Assembly (NCBI GenBank): GCA_018672475.1
Contig: JABHFS010000109.1
Span: forward strand, 3,713 to 67,712
From: Gemmatimonadota bacterium
GTDB taxonomy: Bacteria > Latescibacterota > UBA2968 > UBA8231
DNA: 64,000 nt
Direction of reading: 5' to 3'
This document shows, in pieces, positions 52,064-59,358 of the stretch. The first letter of the stretch is position 1; each line of letters opens with the position of its first letter. Position numbers and translations under genes: made by a program. The notes beneath the pieces were generated by a model. That model ran no database searches, was not told where the DNA came from, and saw only the letters and a program-made list of their open reading frames with translations.

Positions 52064-52774
52064 ATGAAAAAGGCGATTTGGATTTTTCTCATATTGAGTT
52101 TTTCCGGCGGTCCAGCCTTGGCGCAAAGCAAGGTCTCTGCTTCCGATATCACCAAGGCCGTCGAGGTGTTCGTGCAACAAGAACTTGAGGGTAGCCTCGA
52201 AGACGAAATGCGCATTGAGATCAATACTCGTTGGCAAGGGGTAGTAGAATTGGAGTCGGCCGGTGAGCCGCAGATCCGCGTGCGTCGCGCTTCGTCGCGG
52301 CCGCTGCGTGGACCGACGGTCTTGCGAGTGGGCATCGACGTCGGCGGGCAGACGCTGAAGACGATGAGTGTGACCGCCGATATCCGCTATCTGCGACCGG
52401 TGCTGGTCGCCAGCTATATGTTGAGCCGGGGCGAGGCGCTGGAAGAATCGATGGTTGAAATGGTGGAACGCGATATCACCACCTTGCGCAACGGTTATTT
52501 CACCGAACCCGCCCTGTTGCAGGATATGCAGACGCGCAGAAGTTTGGCCGCGGGGGCCGTCTTGACTCGCAACCACGTCTCGGCCATTCCCGTAGTGAAA
52601 CGCGGCACGGCGGTCGAACTCGTCGCGCGCACCAAGCGATTCAGCGCCACGGCATTGGGTGAGGCGATGCAGGATGGTGGGGTTGGTGAGCGGATACGGG
52701 TCAAGAACAGCGACTCGGGCAAGATTCTCTATGGGCAGATACTCGACGCCCATACCATTCAGATCGGGCTATAG
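52064..52774 (+). CDS. flgA: Flagellar P-ring assembly chaperone FlgA
   Basis: Signal peptide. C-terminal SAF-like region VKRGTAVELVA...G.ERIRVKNSDSGKILYG. Located between flgG and flgH. Confidence 0.8.
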   Translation: MKKAIWIFLILSFSGGPALAQSKVSASDITKAVEVFVQQELEGSLEDEMRIEINTRWQGVVELESAGEPQIRVRRASSRPLRGPTVLRVGIDVGGQTLKTMSVTADIRYLRPVLVASYMLSRGEALEESMVEMVERDITTLRNGYFTEPALLQDMQTRRSLAAGAVLTRNHVSAIPVVKRGTAVELVARTKRFSATALGEAMQDGGVGERIRVKNSDSGKILYGQILDAHTIQIGL

Positions 52775-52786
52775 GGGGCGCAGTTG

Positions 52787-53368
52787 ATGTTGAGCGTGAA
52801 AAAGGGAATGCAAATGTCCGCGCTAGTCGTCGCTCTTGCGGCGACCGCCTCATCGGCGCAGATCCAGTCGATGTTCGCGGACCCCAAGGCCAACCAGGTC
52901 GGTGACGCGTTGACGGTGATTATTCAGGAGAACGCTTCGGCTTCGAACCGGACATCGACGAAGACGGCGAAAAACAGCAAGACGGGAATCAGCAGCACAA
53001 TACCGGGTGCCGGCAATATCCTGGGTTTCATCCCGCTGCATTCGCTCGACAGCGGATTTGACAACGAGTACACGGGCGATGCATCGACTTCGCGCAGTGC
53101 GCGGTTGACGGCACGGATGACGGTGACCGTCGTGAGCAAGAAACCCAATGGAGACCTGATCATCGAGGGCGTGCGCACCTTAAAGATCAATGGAGAGAAC
53201 GAGGCTATTTATGTAAATGGCTCGGTCAACCCGGCGATGGTGCGCCGCGACAATACGGTGCTTTCGTCGAGTATCGCCGACTTGCAGATCGAATACACTG
53301 GCAAGGGCACTATCACCCAGGGTACTAGGCCAGGGGTAGTCGTACGCTTTATTAACTGGATTTTTTAG
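52787..53368 (+). CDS. flgH: Flagellar L-ring protein FlgH (no lipobox Cys)
   Basis: LFADPKA-type motif (SMFADPKANQVGDALTVIIQEN), ARMTVTVV..PNGDLIIEG and IADLQIEYTGKG. Start ambiguous (TTG 52784, ATG 52787, ATG 52814). Confidence 0.85.
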   Translation: MLSVKKGMQMSALVVALAATASSAQIQSMFADPKANQVGDALTVIIQENASASNRTSTKTAKNSKTGISSTIPGAGNILGFIPLHSLDSGFDNEYTGDASTSRSARLTARMTVTVVSKKPNGDLIIEGVRTLKINGENEAIYVNGSVNPAMVRRDNTVLSSSIADLQIEYTGKGTITQGTRPGVVVRFINWIF

Positions 53369-53371
53369 GCT

Positions 53372-54496
53372 ATGCTAGCGGGAGGATTCATCAGAGTTGG
53401 GGTCTTGGCGGTCTTGGCGGTCTTGGCGGTCGTTTGCGGTATGTGTAGTCGCGTGGAAGCGGTGGCATCGGTCCGGATCAAAGACCTCGCGAAAGTGCAG
53501 ACGGCACAGGATATACAGTTGACCGGCGTCGGTTTGATTATCGGACTTGAAGGGACGGGGGATGGTCGTCGGGCTGAATTCACTTTTCAGATGATGGCCA
53601 ATATGATGCATCGGATGAAAGTGGCCGTCACGCCCGAGCAGGTTCGAGTGCGCAATGTTGCCGGCGTCAGTGTTACCGGGACTTTGACGCCGCACCAGCG
53701 CAAAGGCAGTCGTATCGACGTGCATGTGGCCTCGATAGGCGACGCCTCGTCGCTACAGGGCGGCACGCTGCTTTTATCGACGATGATGGGCCCGGACGGT
53801 ACGGTATACGCCACGGCGCAAGGGCCGATCTCGATTGGTGGTTTCAACCTCGGCGGCGGAGCTGCTGGATCGGTGCGCAAGAATCACACGGTAGTAGGTG
53901 CGGTGCCGAACGGGGGAATCGTAGTTGAGGAAATGTTCAAACAGGAAGAACTGGATAAGGATGTAACGCTAATGTTGTACGATGCGGATTGGACGACGGC
54001 CTCGCGTGTGGCCTTCGCCATCGGTGAGCACTTCGGCGAGGGGGACTTGGCGCATGCGATGGACCCGGGAACGATTGTGGTGGCACTTAACTCGATGCGC
54101 GGTCAACCTGACGCGATCGTCGATTTCGTCGCCGAGTTGGAAAAGGTCGAAGTAATCCCCGATCTGCCAGCCAGGGTAGTCGTCAACGAACGCACCGGCA
54201 CGGTGATTATCGGCGAGAACGTATCGGTTTCGGCTGTGGCTATGTCGCATGGTAGTCTCCAACTAAAGATCCCCGGTGATGACGGTGGCGATGTTTTCGG
54301 TGGCGAGGCCGAAGTCGTCGAGGAGCCCGATCGCCTGCATCCGATCATCAGTTCGTTCGACGTCGGGGCTATGCCCACGGTGCGGGAATTGGTGCGCAAT
54401 CTCAACGCATTGGGTGTTACCCCGCGCGATTTGATCTCGATTTTGCAGGCGTTGAAGACGGCCGGTGCATTACGCGCCGAATTGATCATCCAGTAG
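53372..54496 (+). CDS. flgI: Flagellar P-ring protein FlgI
   Basis: VRIKDLA, LTGVGLIIGLEGTGD, SSLQGGTLL, RVVVNERTGTVIIG and VTPRDLISILQALK.AGAL.AEL. Confidence 0.95.
   Translation: MLAGGFIRVGVLAVLAVLAVVCGMCSRVEAVASVRIKDLAKVQTAQDIQLTGVGLIIGLEGTGDGRRAEFTFQMMANMMHRMKVAVTPEQVRVRNVAGVSVTGTLTPHQRKGSRIDVHVASIGDASSLQGGTLLLSTMMGPDGTVYATAQGPISIGGFNLGGGAAGSVRKNHTVVGAVPNGGIVVEEMFKQEELDKDVTLMLYDADWTTASRVAFAIGEHFGEGDLAHAMDPGTIVVALNSMRGQPDAIVDFVAELEKVEVIPDLPARVVVNERTGTVIIGENVSVSAVAMSHGSLQLKIPGDDGGDVFGGEAEVVEEPDRLHPIISSFDVGAMPTVRELVRNLNALGVTPRDLISILQALKTAGALRAELIIQ
53401..53427 (+). repeat. 3 x 9-nt perfect tandem repeat (GGTCTTGGC) in the flgI signal-peptide region
   Basis: GGTCTTGGC repeated three times, followed by a partial GGTC. 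It is in frame and encodes the hydrophobic core VLAVLAVLAV. Confidence 0.9.
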
Positions 54497-54508
54497 GAGG
54501 ATGGCGAC

Positions 54509-54943
54509 GTGAACGATTTAATGAACATTGCGACATCGCTGAAGGGGACGAATTTCACGGGTAAGCAGAAGACGGTGGATGTCAAATCGTTTCGGGGGGC
54601 CGAGACCATTGAGGAGCGGCGCGAAGCGCTCAGGGAGTCGGCCAAGCAGTTCGAGGCGGTCTTCGTTCACCAGATGATCTCGGCGATGCGTAAGACCGTC
54701 AGCGAATCGAGTCTGACGCCCAAGAGCAATGGCCAGAAGATTTTTGAAAGCATGTTGGATGAGGAGTGGAGTAAGAAACTGGTGAATAAATCCGGGTCAG
54801 GGAGTCTGAGCGAGATACTCTATCGGCAATTGAGCGCCAATATGGGGCTTGACGAGGCAGAAGACAGCGCCAAAACGCAGGATCAGTTGTGGCCTGCTCC
54901 GCCACCGGTGTTGCCAATAAAAAATAACGGAACACAGAAATGA
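54509..54943 (+). CDS. flgJ: Rod-binding protein (FlgJ N-terminal-domain type, no muramidase domain)
   Basis: QFEAVFVHQMISAMRKT and IFESMLDEEWSKKL are the rod-binding domain. GTG start 8 nt after GGAGG. Only 144 aa. Confidence 0.8.
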   Translation: MNDLMNIATSLKGTNFTGKQKTVDVKSFRGAETIEERREALRESAKQFEAVFVHQMISAMRKTVSESSLTPKSNGQKIFESMLDEEWSKKLVNKSGSGSLSEILYRQLSANMGLDEAEDSAKTQDQLWPAPPPVLPIKNNGTQK

Positions 54944-55443
54944 ATGACCCGGTATTGATAGAGTTGATCGCAGTGATCAACGAGGAAGTGCGCACCTTCC
55001 ATCGGTTGCTGACATCACTGCAGGAAGAGCAGCAGGTCATCATCGAAGACGACTTGGAAGGCATCGAGGAGATTGTCGCCGAGCAACGGCAGTTGGCCGT
55101 CTACGCCCACCAGATCGAAACTCGGCGCATCCAATTGGTCAACGAGTTGGCGTTGTGCCTGGATTTGCAGCCCGATAACGTGAGCTTGAGCCGTTTGGTG
55201 GAAGTGTTAGAAGGACCGCACAGCGAGGAGTTGGCGAATATGCGCGGACAATTACTCGAGCTCAACAGCCAGATTCGCGCGATCAGCGAAAACAATGCTT
55301 TTCTCATCCGTCAGTCGCTGCGTTATACCGACCGCTGCCTCGATATTCTCACCGGGCAGCAGGTCGAGCGCCGCGTTTACGGGCAATTCGGCAAAGCCAA
55401 ACGCAGCGCCGGCGAGCGTTCGCTATTGAACCAGACCGCCTGA
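54940..55443 (+). CDS. flgN: FlgN-family flagellar export chaperone (tentative)
   Basis: 167-aa helical protein (LIAVINEEVRTFHRLLTSLQEEQQVI) directly before flgK. ATGA overlap with flgJ. Confidence 0.6.
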   Translation: MNDPVLIELIAVINEEVRTFHRLLTSLQEEQQVIIEDDLEGIEEIVAEQRQLAVYAHQIETRRIQLVNELALCLDLQPDNVSLSRLVEVLEGPHSEELANMRGQLLELNSQIRAISENNAFLIRQSLRYTDRCLDILTGQQVERRVYGQFGKAKRSAGERSLLNQTA

Positions 55444-55453
55444 GGAAACAAGC

Positions 55454-56878
55454 ATGGCCATCACTTCATCCGCAAGCCACGGCATCGAGATCGGCCGCCG
55501 CGCCCTCCAGGCGCAACAGGCGTCGCTCAACGCGACCGGGAACAATATCGCCAACGTCAACACGCCGGGTTTCTCGCGGCGTCAGGTTCGTTTGGAAAAT
55601 GCCATCTCCAGTGGGCAGAACGGTATTGGATCCGGTGTCGACTTGGAGGGGGTGGCCCGCCAGCGCAGTCGTTTCATCGATGCACAGATGCGGGTGCAGC
55701 AGCAGGTCTTGGGTCGTTGGGAGGTTTTAGAGAGTGCGATCGGCACTATCGAGGCGGTGTTCAATGAGCCGGCTGGTGCGGGGTCGAGCGAGGCGGGAAC
55801 GATTTTCAACGAGCCGTCGGGTTTGGGGCTTTCGGGTTCGTTCAGCCGCTTTTGGAACGCCTGGCAGGATTTGGCGAATGTGCCTGAAAGTGGTGCGGCC
55901 CGCGCGGTGGTGCGGCAAGAGGCCGATTTCATGGTGACCACGCTGCACCAGTATCACGACAAGCTGCGCGATGCTCGCAATGGGATGGACGCGGATGTAA
56001 TGGACGAGGTCTCCGATATCAATGAGATGCTCGACCAGTTGGCCGATATCAATTCGCAAGTGCCACGCGCCTCTTTTGATGGCGGGGATGCTAGTGACCT
56101 GAAGGACCGGCGCGATTTGATCATCGACGAGTTGTCGCGGCGGGTGGATATTTCCCTGACGGAGAGCGACAATGGCCAGATTTCGGTATTGTTGGCCGGG
56201 CACAATCTCTTGCAAGGGGACCATGTTGTTCACTTGCAGGTACGTCAGACGGTCGATGATGGTACGTCGGTCAGTCAGGTCCACTACGCGGACGACGGGA
56301 CACGGGCACGGATCAGTGAAGGCCGCTTGCGCGGTCTGATCGAGGTCCGTGACAATGTCGTGCCGAAGTTGTTGACGAACCTCGACGAGATGGCGGCGGG
56401 CTTGGTCACTGAGATCAATGCCTTGCATCGCACGGGCTTCGGCAAGGACGGCGGAACGGGCGTCAATTTTTTTGATCCGGGTAAGATTGACGCTAGTAAT
56501 ATCGCTGTCGACAACGCCATCCTGTCGAATCTCAATAATATCGCCGCCTCGGCCGATGGCAATACAGGTGATAATGGTATGGCTCTGGCGCTGAGCAGTT
56601 TGCGCAATGGCAATATTCTCTCCGACGGCACTCAGACGATGGAGGGGTTTTACTACGAGATGTTGGGCGAAGTCGGGGCGTTGAGCGGCGAGGCGCAGAC
56701 CATGGCCGAGAACCACAGATTGTTTTCCTCGCAGATCGAGAATCGTCGCCAAAGCGTGCAGGGCGTTTCGCTCAACGACGAGGCATCGCAGTTGATGCTT
56801 TTTCAACGCGCCTATCAGGCGGCGGCACGTACAGTGTCGATCATTGACGAGTTGTTGGAAGTTACGGTCAACATATGA
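55454..56878 (+). CDS. flgK: Flagellar hook-associated protein 1 FlgK
   Basis: N-terminal LNATGNNIANVNTPGFSRR and C-terminal SGVSLNDEASQLMLFQRAYQAAAR. Confidence 0.9.
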   Translation: MAITSSASHGIEIGRRALQAQQASLNATGNNIANVNTPGFSRRQVRLENAISSGQNGIGSGVDLEGVARQRSRFIDAQMRVQQQVLGRWEVLESAIGTIEAVFNEPAGAGSSEAGTIFNEPSGLGLSGSFSRFWNAWQDLANVPESGAARAVVRQEADFMVTTLHQYHDKLRDARNGMDADVMDEVSDINEMLDQLADINSQVPRASFDGGDASDLKDRRDLIIDELSRRVDISLTESDNGQISVLLAGHNLLQGDHVVHLQVRQTVDDGTSVSQVHYADDGTRARISEGRLRGLIEVRDNVVPKLLTNLDEMAAGLVTEINALHRTGFGKDGGTGVNFFDPGKIDASNIAVDNAILSNLNNIAASADGNTGDNGMALALSSLRNGNILSDGTQTMEGFYYEMLGEVGALSGEAQTMAENHRLFSSQIENRRQSVQGVSLNDEASQLMLFQRAYQAAARTVSIIDELLEVTVNI

Positions 56879-56968
56879 TTTGTCGCCGGGAAGTTCACTG
56901 TCCATTAACCGATGGACTTATTTTAAAGAGGCCCCTATATTTGGGGCGATTGAGCAGGAGATAGCGCC

Positions 56969-58081
56969 ATGCGAGTCACGACGGGGATGGCAGTGGGCAC
57001 CCTGACGAATAATTTAGGCCGCTCATACGAGCGTATCACGCGTTTCCAGAATGAACTGTCTTCCGGTACGCGCCTGAATAAGCTCTCCGACGATCCGGCC
57101 GGAGTCGAACGCTCGCTGGCATTGCGCTCGGAACTGCGCAATACCGAACAGTTTCAAAAGAATATTGGCGACGGAGTGGGTTGGTTGCAGTTGAGTGAGG
57201 CGACCCTCAATTCGCTCGAAACACTCTTCGTCGAAGCGCGTGGGCTGGCTGTGCAGGGGGCGACGAGCACTTATAATTCCTCGCAGCGCAACGCCATCGC
57301 CGACCAGGTCGACCAGTTTCTCGAGCACGCCGTTAGCTTGAGCGAAGCTCGCTATCGGGGGCGTTATATATTTTCGGGGACCCAGACCGGCGGCGTGCCC
57401 TATATGCCGAATCGCGATGAGAACGGCAACGCCCTCGATGTCAGGGCTAGCGGCGACACGACCGGCAGCATTGAGCGCGAAGTGACTGACGGGGTTATTA
57501 TGCAGGTCAATATCCCGGGCAGCGAGATTTGGGAAGATCCCAAAGACATCCGGTTGCCTTTGAATACCTTGGCTCGCGGGTTGGGCGCTGAGGATCGGGC
57601 GCAGTTGGACCAGGTCGTCGGGCAGGACCAACAGCTCGATATGGATCGGTTGAACGCGCTATTGGACGGAACAGAAGTGGTGGACCCGCCGATTAGTGAG
57701 GCGGTACATGAGGTTTTGGTGCAGGCGCGTGACTCGTTTGAGGATCAGCAGACCAACCCATTCGATGTGTTGATCGAACTGCGCGACGCTTTGCGCGACA
57801 ATAATGTCGATGACGTGCGGGGCACCTTAAACAAGTTGGCTAATGTGCGCGAGAACATCTCCTCGGTTCGTGGGCTGATCGGCGCCCGGGTTAATCGCAT
57901 GGAGACGACCCAGAACGTGCTCGACCGCATTTCTGTGGAAATGACTTCAATACTGTCTGCCGATGAAGATGTCGATTTGGCTTCCACAATTGTGAATTTG
58001 CGTCAAGAACAAGATGTATTTCAGGCGGCTTTGGCCTCCGGGTCCTCAGTGATTCCCCAATCGCTGATGGACTTCATCTAA
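56969..58081 (+). CDS. flgL: Flagellar hook-associated protein 3 FlgL (flagellin-fold)
   Basis: MRVTTGM, SSGTRLNKLSDDPAG and C-terminal DVDLASTIVNLRQEQDVFQAAL. AGGAG SD 8 nt upstream. Confidence 0.85.
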   Translation: MRVTTGMAVGTLTNNLGRSYERITRFQNELSSGTRLNKLSDDPAGVERSLALRSELRNTEQFQKNIGDGVGWLQLSEATLNSLETLFVEARGLAVQGATSTYNSSQRNAIADQVDQFLEHAVSLSEARYRGRYIFSGTQTGGVPYMPNRDENGNALDVRASGDTTGSIEREVTDGVIMQVNIPGSEIWEDPKDIRLPLNTLARGLGAEDRAQLDQVVGQDQQLDMDRLNALLDGTEVVDPPISEAVHEVLVQARDSFEDQQTNPFDVLIELRDALRDNNVDDVRGTLNKLANVRENISSVRGLIGARVNRMETTQNVLDRISVEMTSILSADEDVDLASTIVNLRQEQDVFQAALASGSSVIPQSLMDFI

Positions 58082-58181
58082 TGAGTGATCTCTCTCCCTC
58101 TGGCGCGCTCCCTGCGCCGAACATTTTAGACGAGCGTGAGCTAAGAAAATGACGATCGCCGCGTATTCAGGGGATCCTAGG

Positions 58182-58640
58182 ATGAGCGAATCAGATAAGG
58201 TAACATTTCAGAACGCCAAGTTCGGCGAGGTGACGATCGAACGCGGAAACGTGCTGAGCTTCCCATATGGGTTGCCGGGTTTCGAGCGCCACCGAGACTA
58301 TGGACTGGTCGAAGTTGAAGAGGAGGTGCCTTTTATACGCCTTCTGGCCCTTAACGAACCCCGTCTCGCGTTCGTACTGGTCAACCCGATGCTATTATGG
58401 CCCGAATACGATCCGGACATAGGGCAGGAGGCTTTGCAGAGCTTGGGGATAGGACAGCCCGAGCACTTGGCGGTTTATTGTATCGTAACCTTGAGCAGTG
58501 AACCAGGACAGGTTACGGCAAACCTCAGGGGACCGATCTGTATCAATACCGAGACGATGCAGGCCAAGCAGATGATTTTGGTGGACGAGCGCTATCATAC
58601 TAGGCACTCGATTATGGAAGCTAGCAGTCAGGAAGCCTAG
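58182..58640 (+). CDS. fliW: Flagellar assembly factor FliW
   Basis: FPYGLPGFE, F.LV.V.EE.PF..L and ANLRGPICIN motifs. The start could instead be the ATG at 58149. Confidence 0.85.
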   Translation: MSESDKVTFQNAKFGEVTIERGNVLSFPYGLPGFERHRDYGLVEVEEEVPFIRLLALNEPRLAFVLVNPMLLWPEYDPDIGQEALQSLGIGQPEHLAVYCIVTLSSEPGQVTANLRGPICINTETMQAKQMILVDERYHTRHSIMEASSQEA

Positions 58641-58688
58641 CGCATTTAGGTCGCTTGGAGCGACCGTTTTAATCAGGGAAGATTCGTT

Positions 58689-58925
58689 ATGCTCGTGCTA
58701 ACGCGTAAAGCAGGCGAAAGCATTGTCATAGGCAGCGAGATCCGGGTCACTGTGCTTGAATTGCAGGGACGCCAGATCCGCCTAGGGATAGAGGCGCCGT
58801 CTGAAATATCGGTTCATCGGGGTGAGGTCTACGAGCGAATCCGCGAGGAAAACGAGCGGGCCGCACAGGGGGACCAGCAAGAGCTCAAGGCGTTGAGCCA
58901 AGCGCTGAAAAAAGGGAGCGGCTGA
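58689..58925 (+). CDS. csrA: Carbon storage regulator CsrA
   Basis: MLVLTRKAGESIVIG..I.VTVLE..G.QIRLGIEAP..I.VHR.EVYE.I. Confidence 0.95.
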   Translation: MLVLTRKAGESIVIGSEIRVTVLELQGRQIRLGIEAPSEISVHRGEVYERIREENERAAQGDQQELKALSQALKKGSG

Positions 58926-58948
58926 ACGAGGTTTGTACGGGAGGCTGC

Positions 58949-58973
58949 AAGGATGGGTCTGTCGATAAGGATG
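58949..58973 (+). promoter_or_regulatory. Two tandem AAGGATG motifs (candidate CsrA binding sites) 18 nt apart
   Basis: gcAAGGATGg (58949-58955) and atAAGGATGa (58967-58973) match the core of the SELEX consensus RUACARGGAUGU. They begin 24 nt after the csrA stop. GGGAGG lies at 58939-58944. Confidence 0.35.
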
Positions 58974-59358
58974 ACGATCGGACGCGAGGGCGTGCCATCA
59001 CTTCCATGCAGAAGTCCACTGATTTTTACCGAGCACTGGTTTTTAACCCGTGCGAAGCTCGGTTGCGGTACTTGGCCCACACAGGCCATTCCTTCCACTT
59101 AATTCACCCACAGCAAAGTTCGCAAAAGACCTGGCGCCGTGCCTTTTTGTCGTCGCCATCGATACTAGGTCTTTCCCTATCTCCGACGGCTACAATGGCT
59201 ATATCTCCGACGACTATCGCTAGCTGTGCGAAAAACCGCAAGCAGGTCCCGTTTAGCAGATTCTGGCGGCCGAATTGGGTAGCAATACCCGGCAGGCGAT
59301 CGAGCAGCACTTCATTCGCGCTTGCGCACCGGTCTGAATCACAATTGTTATCCGGTCT

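Noticed and set aside
51571-52753. Two 254-aa ORFs antisense to flgG/flgA
   Set aside because: Same reasoning: both lie inside genes with unmistakable flagellar homology and have an Arg/Gly/His-rich composition.
55727-56905. A 392-aa ORF antisense to flgK
   Set aside because: It lies fully inside the strongly supported flgK gene on the other strand. Its Arg/His/Asp-rich composition is typical of antisense frames in GC-rich DNA, and it has no recognisable motifs.
56924-56953. A sigma28 (FliA) promoter upstream of flgL (TAAAG ... GGCGATTG)
   Set aside because: Only 5/8 matches to GCCGATAA, and the spacing to TAAA is 2 nt longer than the consensus. It is not convincing without TSS data.
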